Positions 25,904 to 33,520 of a stretch of 47,567 bases of DNA are shown piece by piece. Position numbers and translations under genes: made by a program. How positions within the stretch are numbered: the first letter of the stretch is position 1; each line of letters begins with the position of its first letter. The notes under the pieces are model-generated. The model was not told where the DNA came from and ran no database searches. It saw only the letters and a list, made by a program, of their open reading frames with translations. The stretch is from Eubacteriales bacterium (GTDB lineage: Bacteria > Bacillota > Clostridia > Oscillospirales > CAG-272), in NCBI GenBank assembly GCA_045638405.1, contig JAZUBG010000074.1, positions 1-47,567 on the forward strand. Reading direction: 5' to 3'.

Positions 25904-27566
25904 ATACATTCACAATAAGAGTCGTCAAAGATTTTCTCTGTTCTTCGGTAGGTTCCTTTAGCTTGCCGTTCTTCAGGAGCGTTGTAATGCAGTGTACCAG
26001 GAACCATCCATCAGCGTGGAATATAAACTGCAATTCATATGCTTTAACCTTTCTAAGGTGTGCAGGAACCGATTCCAGTACAGCCTCGGCATAAGGTGCC
26101 TTCAGAGCATCAAACTCAGTCTGATACTTTACCTTGATTCGCTCACCGATGGTAAGGAGTTTATCACGAATCTCTTTGCTTGCCAAAACTATGATCTGCC
26201 ATGCGGATTTGAAGTGACCGTCGTAATCTCCGTTGGTTTTTACACAACCTCGCTCTGCAAGCCATGCATATTCATCCTTTGAAAGACGGTCCTCAAACTC
26301 TCTTTCATAGAGTGAGAGAATACGTTTGGATTCTTCAGAATAATTGAGTCTATAACCATCTCCACGTTCTGACCACTCACTGTCGATCTGCCAAAGAATA
26401 CGCTCACCATTGCCATTCCACATAGGACCGCACCAGTTTCTCATATAAACGTAGTCATCAGGAAGAATCATTTCATCCGGCACTACCGATGCATGATAGA
26501 TATTATGGGCACCATCCGGTCGGATCGTGGCAACCTCTTCAAATGAAATGCTCTCATCCATCAGCTTTTCACCCGACCAAGCTGCTATATAAGGAATCAG
26601 CGTCCATAGGATGAAATTACGGTCCGCTTTAGGAGACTCAGCCAAGGAGATGGGCTCGTCAGTTTGACCACACCAGATGTCCGGATCGTCAAGAATGCCA
26701 GAGGAGGTTAATTCATCATACAGATCGTTCGCAAACAGCTCAGCAGCACGCTTATACATATCGTTCTGCATGGTAAGCAATTCCGCAGTCGGCTCGCTGA
26801 TGATGAAGCCCGTAATATACTTATCCTTATCAGCCTGCAGGAAGCCGTATTCCTCAAGGAATTCAACTTCTGTTTCCACGTACACAGGGGAAACCCCCAG
26901 GTCATCGGCAATCTCGTTAATAGTCTTTGCCGTATTACGCACACAATAGCAGATATTCTGGGCCAATGTGGAACGGAAGAACTCGTCGGGAGATTTTTTG
27001 CCGACGGAACCGTTGATGCCGTAGGAGTGGAATTTAATAGGATTAAATTTAAGTTCACTTGTTTTTCTCATCTTTTCTATACCTCGTTTTAATTCTTTTT
27101 TAGCTTCAAACAAGTGCCACTTGACAGTGCCGAGAGGAATACCCAGTTCCCTGGCAATATCTGCCTGCTTGCGATTCTCAAAGTAATACGCAATTACAAT
27201 TCTTCTTTGCAATTTGGAAAGGTAAGCAATCTCGGTCTGGAGACGACGGATAGCGTCACTATTGTCATCGGTATCCAGCTCAGAGTACGGATCTGCAATC
27301 AGCTCCGCAACCTCATCAATAGAAACACCGATCATGCTCTTAGCAGTATCACGATAATAATTGCTGAGAGTGTTATGGGCGACTGTCCAGATGAATTTTC
27401 CCATATCCGCAACATCGTCCTTTATAAGAAGCGCACGAAAGGCTTTTAAAGCGATCTCCTGCGACAGATCCTCTGCATCGTGGATACTTTTACACCTTTT
27501 CAAAGCAAAGCCGAATATGGGCTTCAGATATTCAGTTATGGTTTTCTCTACGTCTTGTCTGTTCAC
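25902..27566 (-). CDS. Sigma-70 family (ECF-like) RNA polymerase sigma factor fused to a ~380-aa C-terminal domain of unknown function
   Basis: Region 2 (DAEDLSQEIALKAF, FIWTVAHNTLSNYYR) and region 4 HTH (QADIARELGIPLGTVKWHLFEAKKELK) occupy the first ~170 aa. The remainder is soluble and contains a second HTH-like stretch, INEIADDLGVSPVYVE. GTG start with a GAGGTG SD. Confidence 0.8.
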   Translation of the reverse strand: MNRQDVEKTITEYLKPIFGFALKRCKSIHDAEDLSQEIALKAFRALLIKDDVADMGKFIWTVAHNTLSNYYRDTAKSMIGVSIDEVAELIADPYSELDTDDNSDAIRRLQTEIAYLSKLQRRIVIAYYFENRKQADIARELGIPLGTVKWHLFEAKKELKRGIEKMRKTSELKFNPIKFHSYGINGSVGKKSPDEFFRSTLAQNICYCVRNTAKTINEIADDLGVSPVYVETEVEFLEEYGFLQADKDKYITGFIISEPTAELLTMQNDMYKRAAELFANDLYDELTSSGILDDPDIWCGQTDEPISLAESPKADRNFILWTLIPYIAAWSGEKLMDESISFEEVATIRPDGAHNIYHASVVPDEMILPDDYVYMRNWCGPMWNGNGERILWQIDSEWSERGDGYRLNYSEESKRILSLYEREFEDRLSKDEYAWLAERGCVKTNGDYDGHFKSAWQIIVLASKEIRDKLLTIGERIKVKYQTEFDALKAPYAEAVLESVPAHLRKVKAYELQFIFHADGWFLVHCITTLLKNGKLKEPTEEQRKSLTTLIVNV

Positions 27567-27661
27567 TTGTTTTCACCTCATTGAAAGCTTTCACCCATAT
27601 AGACACGTAATTTAGAAAAGGTTGGAACTTTTAAAAAAATTCTCGAATATTTTTAACATAA

Positions 27662-27696
27662 GTCAAAAACCTCCGTCCTGCTCGGACGGAGGTTTA
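27662..27696 (-). terminator. Intrinsic terminator after the membrane-protein gene
   Basis: AAACCTCCGTCC / GGACGGAGGTTT 12-bp stem followed on the minus strand by TTTTTG. Confidence 0.8.
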
Positions 27697-27714
27697 ATAA
27701 ATTACTGATAAGTT

Positions 27715-28506
27715 TTAGTTAAAGGATTCCTCTTCAATCTCCTCAATAGGAGTAGCAAGAACCTTCTCGCGGAACGCGCGAAGCTTTTCAGCCTTTTCCT
27801 CGTCACGCTTCTTAAGCTCTACGCAAGGAACTGCGATAGTACGATTGATATCTTCAACAGCCTTATCGGAGTCAGCGCCGTAGTCAATGCAGGTGTCAAT
27901 GATCCTATCGCCATTTACACCGTACACTCTGAAAACGTAGTAATCAAATTCTTCGCCCTTCTGAGACTTATAAACCTTCTTTTCAAGTTCAGCCTTAGAA
28001 AGCTCTGTGTACTTATAAGAAGAAGTAATCTCTTCAACAATAGATTCGTCTGTAAGGGAAAGACGCTTTCCGCTAATGTACATTTTTTCGCCTGTAAAAA
28101 TGAAGTTGTAAGCAGCAAAATAGTTAGTTCTCGGAGTACCGTCAGCACCCTTCTTGAAATACTTAACATCTTCTTTTGCTTCGAAATCATAACCTGCAAT
28201 ATCAATGGGCTTGATCTGCTTGAGGAAGTTCTTGTCATATACATCAAACTTCTTCATAGACACTTCCTGAAGCCCCTTTGTAAGCTCTCTTGCCTGATAC
28301 TCAATGTCGGTATCATTGCTCTTGCCACCGGATGTGAAAATGAGGAAAAGTAAACCTGCGATAATGCCGAGGATTGCATACATACGAAGTTCTTTCTCTG
28401 CAACCAAGAAAAGAATTGCAGCCACTGCAGTGATAACAAGACCGATAATCGTCAATACTGAAATCGGCGGGGCAATAAAATACTTCACATTGCGTTTGGT
28501 TTCCAT
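27715..28506 (-). CDS. Membrane protein with 2 N-terminal TM helices and a ~190-aa soluble domain, function unknown
   Basis: Hydrophobic segments PISVLTIIGLVITAVAAILFLV and YAILGIIAGLLFLIF. AGGAGA SD, own promoter and own terminator. Confidence 0.7.
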   Translation of the reverse strand: METKRNVKYFIAPPISVLTIIGLVITAVAAILFLVAEKELRMYAILGIIAGLLFLIFTSGGKSNDTDIEYQARELTKGLQEVSMKKFDVYDKNFLKQIKPIDIAGYDFEAKEDVKYFKKGADGTPRTNYFAAYNFIFTGEKMYISGKRLSLTDESIVEEITSSYKYTELSKAELEKKVYKSQKGEEFDYYVFRVYGVNGDRIIDTCIDYGADSDKAVEDINRTIAVPCVELKKRDEEKAEKLRAFREKVLATPIEEIEEESFN

Positions 28507-28563
28507 AAAATACGTCTCCTATAATTTTTAATAATTTGACAAACAATTTTATTTGTATAATAT

Positions 28564-28592
28564 ATATTATCACAAAAAATCGCACTTGTCAA
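28564..28592 (-). promoter_or_regulatory. SigmaA-type promoter of the membrane-protein gene
   Basis: On the minus strand: TTGACA, 17 nt, TAATAT. Confidence 0.6.
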
Positions 28593-28601
28593 GGCAATTT
28601 A

Positions 28602-29417
28602 TTATCTAAGTATATATTTACGCATAAAATCTATAGTAAACTTTACGCCCTTATCGCCAAGTTCACCCTGCCATACAGATGAGTGAGGTTCAATACTGAG
28701 ACCGCCTTCATATCCGTGCTTGTAAAGGAGTACAAATACTGTATTCCAGTCGATCTGATCCATTCCTGCAGGCGGATCGTCGATTCCCTCACCGTTAAGC
28801 ATAGCAGCACCCTTAATATGCATATGAGCAATTCTGGGAAGCCATTTATCAAGTTCATCAAGATATGTGGGATAGCCACAGTAAGGTGGTCTTCCGAAAG
28901 CATGAGAAGGATCATACTTTATATACAGATCCTTAACCTCATCAAGAACAATTTTCCACGCATGGTGATGGCAAACAAAGTTACCCCAGCTGCAGTTATA
29001 TACAGCTGCTTTAATACCAAGCTTTTTAGCTTCTTCTGTAATCTTATGGAAGTATTCTACGGCAGCCGCATAGTTCTTAAACGCACTGATACTATCGTCA
29101 TAATTACAACCGCAAACAAACACTGGAGAACCCACTTCCGCAGCTGCATTCATAAGTCTGATGTTCTTATCAAACTCTTCGGGAACAATAACGCCACCCT
29201 GATTGGCCTTCAAATTCCATCTTCCCACAGAGCCCACTGCAATACCGGTGTCATCAACACGCTTCTTAATTTCTTTAGCGTCTCTTACAAAATTTTCGGT
29301 ATCAGGGTCAAAGTTACAACATACCTCAATAAAGTCAAGACCAAGTTTTCCGACCTCTTCAAAAGTTATAGGTCCGTAAAGGTCAGGAAAGGACTCACTG
29401 ATCATGCCAAGTTTCAT
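28602..29417 (-). CDS. Sugar phosphate isomerase/epimerase (xylose-isomerase-like TIM barrel)
   Basis: MKLGMISESF...GLDFIEV N-terminus, with HMHIKG and SIEPH metal-ligand-type motifs. The ATG at 29417 has an AAGGAGA SD. The ORF-track start at 29510 is an unsupported extension. Confidence 0.7.
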   Translation of the reverse strand: MKLGMISESFPDLYGPITFEEVGKLGLDFIEVCCNFDPDTENFVRDAKEIKKRVDDTGIAVGSVGRWNLKANQGGVIVPEEFDKNIRLMNAAAEVGSPVFVCGCNYDDSISAFKNYAAAVEYFHKITEEAKKLGIKAAVYNCSWGNFVCHHHAWKIVLDEVKDLYIKYDPSHAFGRPPYCGYPTYLDELDKWLPRIAHMHIKGAAMLNGEGIDDPPAGMDQIDWNTVFVLLYKHGYEGGLSIEPHSSVWQGELGDKGVKFTIDFMRKYILR

Positions 29418-29647
29418 AAACAAAAGTCTCCTTAAATATAATACGTTTGGATTTAGTACACTCTCAAATCCTGTCGACTTGATTATAACACTTTTGGAGA
29501 TTATTTGCAAGTGATTTTGACCCTAAAGTAAGTAATTATCGCGTTTCAGATGCAAAAAATCAACTTCATTTTCGTTTTGCACAACATAAGATAAAATATT
29601 TTGTTTTAACTTGTCGAGATTGACGGGTAAAAAATGTTAACAAGCTA

Positions 29648-29676
29648 TTGATTTTATTTTGTTTTTTTGTTATAAT
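29648..29676 (+). promoter_or_regulatory. Extended -10 sigmaA promoter of ptsH
   Basis: TTGATT, 17-nt spacer ending in TGt, TATAAT. Confidence 0.65.
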
Positions 29677-29738
29677 ACAACTATACAAATATGCAGTGGT
29701 GTACTGCTAAACTAAAACAATGATTTTAGGAGACTAAT

Positions 29739-30002
29739 ATGATTTCACGCGATGTAACAATTAAAAATAATGTTGGACTTCATGCAAGACCCGCTACATT
29801 TTTCATTCAGAAGGCCAATTCCTTCAAGTGTTCTATCTGGATCGAGAAAGATGACAGAAGAGTAAATGCAAAGAGCCTTCTCGGCGTTCTTTCTCTCGGC
29901 ATTGTTAAGGGTATGTCTGTTACTCTTTACGCAGACGGTGCTGATGAAGCTGATGCTATCGAAGGTCTCGCTACTCTCATCGATACCGGTTTCAACGAGT
30001 AA
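29739..30002 (+). CDS. ptsH: Phosphocarrier protein HPr
   Basis: GLHARPA (His15) and NAKSLLGVLSLG (Ser46) motifs, 87 aa, AGGAGA SD. Confidence 0.9.
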   Translation: MISRDVTIKNNVGLHARPATFFIQKANSFKCSIWIEKDDRRVNAKSLLGVLSLGIVKGMSVTLYADGADEADAIEGLATLIDTGFNE

Positions 30003-30016
30003 TCAAACTATAATGG

Positions 30017-30078
30017 ATGCCTTGTCTTGTATGCTTACATTTTTGTTCGCATCGCGGACAAGGCATTTTCTCTTTTCT
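30017..30078 (+). terminator. Terminator hairpin after ptsH
   Basis: ATGCCTTGTC / GACAAGGCAT stem followed by TTTCTCTTTTC. Confidence 0.6.
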
Positions 30079-30121
30079 TAAATATTATTTCAGCGAGGTC
30101 TTCCTCGCTTTGTTTATTAAA

Positions 30122-32005
30122 ATGCTGAACAATACAAATAAAAGAGATTTAGATGCACTCCGAGCCAAGGCCGCGGCACTTCCCCGCCTTCCCGGTGTTT
30201 ATATAATGCACGGTTCAAAAAACGAAGTCATCTATGTTGGAAAGTCACGGTCACTCAGGGATCGCGTTTCGCAGTACTTCCATGGTTCTCACGATACTAA
30301 AACCGAACAAATGGCATACCATGTTTATGCTTTCGATTTTATTGTGTGTACTACTGAAATGGAAGCTCTGTCACTTGAAAACAGACTCATAAAGCATCAC
30401 ATACCAAAATACAACATAAAATTGAAGGATGCCAAATCCTACCCATATATTCGTGTAAATTATAAATGCGATTATCCGAGAATAACAATGACACGCAACC
30501 GCCTCGCTGACGGTGCTATTTATTTCGGTCCTTACTCATCCACATCTACTGTCTTTTCGGTGATTACTGCACTTGAACGTACTCTCGGGATTCCTTCATG
30601 TAAGAGAAAGTTCCCTGCTGACATCGGCAAAAACAGACCGTGTATTAATTATCAGATCGGAAGATGTGTTGGAATGTGTACGGGTAATGTATCAAAAGAT
30701 GAATATAAAAAAATTATTGAAACCGGAATAAGCATCCTTAAAGGCGGTATCGGTGACGCGGTAAAGTCCCTCTCCGAAGATATGTACAAATATTCCGAAG
30801 AACTGGAATTTGAAAAAGCTGCAAAATGCCGTGACACAATTGAAGCCCTTAAAAAGCTGGGCGAAAAGCAAACTGCTGTCACATCTCCTGACGTGGAATG
30901 TGACGTATTTGGATTTTGTCCTGCTAATCAAACCACTTCCGGTCACGACAGTTTGTCGGTATTCTTTATACGAAGCGGATATATTGCAGACAGAGATCAC
31001 TTTCTCATTGATGATGTTGCGCTCTTTAACACATTGAATGACAGCGAAGAGTCTGACCTTACAAATATGGTGACTCGTATTTACTCTGACAGAGAATATA
31101 TTCCACGAGACATTCTTTTATCTTTTGAAATCTCAGAAAATGACCGTCAGCTGATCTCCGATTATCTCTCAGTAAAAGCAGGGCGGAAAGTAAATATAAA
31201 AACACCTCAAAGAGGTGCATCAAAATCGCTCTGTGAGCTTGCGGTCAATGATGCGAGAAGACATGCAGAAAACAAAGTAACAAAGAAAAAAGCTACTGAA
31301 AAGATGCTTTACCGTCTTGCAGAGACACTAAAACTCGAAGTTTACCCCGAACGAATCGAATCTTTCGATATATCTAATATCGGAAGCGAGCATATCACTG
31401 CAGGAATGGTCGTTGCAATCGACGGAAAGTTAGCAAAAAGCGAATACAGAACATACTCGATCAAGTCTCTTAGTATGCCTGACGATTACAGTGCAATGAA
31501 AGAAGCTGTACTCCGTCGTCTTTCTCACAGTATAACTCCTGACGCAAACGGAAAGACAACGCCCTTCCCCGACCTGCTTTTGATTGACGGAGGAATCGGT
31601 CACGTAAACGTTATCTGTGAAGCGCTTGAAGAAAACGGGTATATTATTCCCGTTTTCGGAATGGTAAAAGATGATCACCATAAAACAAGAACTCTCGTGT
31701 CTAAAGATGGTGAAGTTGATATATCAAGACTCACTGATGTGTTTAACTTTGTTTACGCTTTGCAAGAAGAAGTTCATAGGTATACCGTTAAAAGAATGAC
31801 AAATGCTAAAAGAAAATCGGTAAAACGTTCTTCACTTGAAAAAATTCAAGGTATCGGTCCTGCAAAAGCAAAAAAACTCATGTCACACTTCAAATCTTTA
31901 ACCGCATTAAAGAATGCTTCTTACGACGCTATTGCTTCTGTTGCGGGAATAAGCCGTGCGGATGCAGAGAATATTTACGAACATTTCAGAAATGAAAGGA
32001 AATAA
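30122..32005 (+). CDS. uvrC: Excinuclease ABC subunit C
   Basis: GIY-YIG N-terminus (PGVYIMHGSKNEVIYVGKS), a UVR motif and a C-terminal (HhH)2 (IQGIGPAKAKKL). The ATG at 30122 lies downstream of the ptsH terminator. Confidence 0.9.
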   Translation: MLNNTNKRDLDALRAKAAALPRLPGVYIMHGSKNEVIYVGKSRSLRDRVSQYFHGSHDTKTEQMAYHVYAFDFIVCTTEMEALSLENRLIKHHIPKYNIKLKDAKSYPYIRVNYKCDYPRITMTRNRLADGAIYFGPYSSTSTVFSVITALERTLGIPSCKRKFPADIGKNRPCINYQIGRCVGMCTGNVSKDEYKKIIETGISILKGGIGDAVKSLSEDMYKYSEELEFEKAAKCRDTIEALKKLGEKQTAVTSPDVECDVFGFCPANQTTSGHDSLSVFFIRSGYIADRDHFLIDDVALFNTLNDSEESDLTNMVTRIYSDREYIPRDILLSFEISENDRQLISDYLSVKAGRKVNIKTPQRGASKSLCELAVNDARRHAENKVTKKKATEKMLYRLAETLKLEVYPERIESFDISNIGSEHITAGMVVAIDGKLAKSEYRTYSIKSLSMPDDYSAMKEAVLRRLSHSITPDANGKTTPFPDLLLIDGGIGHVNVICEALEENGYIIPVFGMVKDDHHKTRTLVSKDGEVDISRLTDVFNFVYALQEEVHRYTVKRMTNAKRKSVKRSSLEKIQGIGPAKAKKLMSHFKSLTALKNASYDAIASVAGISRADAENIYEHFRNERK

Positions 32006-32010
32006 CCAGT

Positions 32011-32631
32011 ATGAGAATTATTACAGGAATTGCAAGAGGAACTAAACTCGAAACTCTTGATTCGGATGCAACCCGTCCCACCTCAGATAAAGTTAAAGAA
32101 GCTATATTTTCAATGATTCAGTTCGAGATTGAAGGAAGGCGTGTTCTCGATCTTTTCGGCGGTTCAGGTCAGCTCGCTCTCGAAGCTCTTTCGCGCGGTG
32201 CTGACAAAGCAACCATCATCGATGAATCGAGAGAAGCAGTAAACGTAATCATAAATAATGCAAAACACGCTAAGCTGTACGATAAGTGCAGAATCTCAGC
32301 TATTTCGTATGCGGCATTTCTGAAGAGCTTTTCTGAAGAAAACAAATATAATATTGTTTTCCTTGATCCGCCGTACGCATCAAATTTGATGCACGACTCA
32401 CTTAAGCTTCTCGCCGAAAACGATGTTACCGCAATAGGTGCATCAATAATCTGCGAATCTGAGACCACGCCTTCCAAAAAGAAAAATCACGAAAAGAAGG
32501 ATCCTGAAAAACTCACAGCTTCTGTTCTTCATGACGTTTTTTCTGACGATGCTGAACTCATGGACAAATATAACCTTGAGAGAAGTTCTGTTTACGGAAG
32601 AACAAGAATTACTGTTCTTACAAAAAAATAA
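32011..32631 (+). CDS. rsmD: 16S rRNA (guanine966-N2)-methyltransferase
   Basis: MRIITG...TRPTSDKVKEAIF, FGGSGQLALEA, FLDPPY. It precedes coaD, as is usual. Confidence 0.85.
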   Translation: MRIITGIARGTKLETLDSDATRPTSDKVKEAIFSMIQFEIEGRRVLDLFGGSGQLALEALSRGADKATIIDESREAVNVIINNAKHAKLYDKCRISAISYAAFLKSFSEENKYNIVFLDPPYASNLMHDSLKLLAENDVTAIGASIICESETTPSKKKNHEKKDPEKLTASVLHDVFSDDAELMDKYNLERSSVYGRTRITVLTKK

Positions 32632-32643
32632 TAGGTTGCCGCA

Positions 32644-33144
32644 ATGAAAAAATGTATTATTCCCGGAAGCTATGATCCGGTAACCCGCGGACACATAGAA
32701 CTCTTCACGTCAGCTGCAAAAATTTTCGATACAGTTTACCCTGTTATTCTTTGTAATTCTGAGAAAAAAAGCGGTATGTTCACGTCTTGCGAAAGACTTG
32801 ACATTATGAATGCTGCTTGTGAAAAGCTCAAAAGTGAAGGTATAGTAAATATCGTTCCGATCGTTTATGAAGGTCTAACGACCGATGCCGCATTGGAACT
32901 CGGTGCAAATTTTATCGTAAAGGGAGTTAGAAATTCTACTGATTTCACTTACGAATACGATCTGGCGGAAATTTCAAGACACTTCTGCTCCAAACTGCAA
33001 ACAGTATTCATTCCTTCATTGCCGGAGATAGCCTATATAAGTTCCACGTACGTACGTGAACTTATAAAATACGGACGTTTTGACAGTCCTGACTTTGCAG
33101 ACGGTACAACTGATATCATTAAAAGAATTCTCGCAGAACACTAA
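32644..33144 (+). CDS. coaD: Phosphopantetheine adenylyltransferase
   Basis: PGSYDPVTRGH nucleotidyltransferase motif and ISSTYVRE; 166 aa. Confidence 0.9.
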   Translation: MKKCIIPGSYDPVTRGHIELFTSAAKIFDTVYPVILCNSEKKSGMFTSCERLDIMNAACEKLKSEGIVNIVPIVYEGLTTDAALELGANFIVKGVRNSTDFTYEYDLAEISRHFCSKLQTVFIPSLPEIAYISSTYVRELIKYGRFDSPDFADGTTDIIKRILAEH

Positions 33145-33173
33145 ATATCAAATTTATAGACCAGCTTACTGAC

Positions 33174-33199
33174 AAACTCTGTGCTTTGACACAGAGTTT
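33174..33199 (+). terminator. Hairpin after coaD (terminator-like)
   Basis: AAACTCTGTG / CACAGAGTTT 10-bp stem with a short T tract. Confidence 0.55.
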
Positions 33200-33295
33200 A
33201 TCAAATTAAACAAAGACTAATCTAAAGTAAAATGGGGAGACGCGGCATACGCGCCGCCTTTTTGACGAATTGTATAGCTTCGCGCCTTGTGAGGC

Positions 33296-33322
33296 GTGAC
33301 TTAGGGCTCTGCCCTAAGTCAC
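33296..33322. repeat. Perfect 12-bp palindromic hairpin
   Basis: GTGACTTAGGGC tct GCCCTAAGTCAC. Confidence 0.9.
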
Positions 33323-33394
33323 CGCAATCTTACCTAAAAGATCGATCAAAGATTTTGTGCATTTTGATAGTGTGAGACCTTTGTCAGCCGTCTG

Positions 33395-33432
33395 AGACAT
33401 GTGTGATGTTACATCATCATACATGTCTTTTT
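33395..33432 (+). terminator. Intrinsic-terminator-like hairpin ~90 nt upstream of the P-type ATPase start
   Basis: AGACATGT / ACATGTCT outer stem with a nested GATGT / ACATC stem, followed by TTTTT. Confidence 0.6.
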
Positions 33433-33520
33433 ATAATTTTAATCCACTGAAAGTTTTGATAATATCAAGAAAATAAAATGAATATATTGATATTACAAAA
33501 CAAAGATAAGGTGGATCAAA

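Noticed and set aside
28683-29435. 250-aa plus-strand ORF. Similar large antisense ORFs occur at 34375-34992, 38139-38663 and 39835-40452.
   Set aside because: Each lies wholly inside, and opposite to, a gene with clear family motifs (isomerase, P-type ATPase, M16 peptidase, ABC). None has a recognisable motif or an SD.
33232-33375. 47-codon Arg-rich ORF (MGRRGIRAAF...) in the coaD-ATPase spacer.
   Set aside because: It has no SD and overlaps the GC hairpins and the perfect palindrome. It is more likely RNA structure than a protein.
33230-33385. GGGGAGA ... TTGAC ... GAGACC, resembling the yybP-ykoY Mn2+ riboswitch.
   Set aside because: I cannot build the four-way junction or match the GGGGAGUAG and AGCAAGACC blocks. 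It is kept only as something to test with cmscan inside the broader leader finding.
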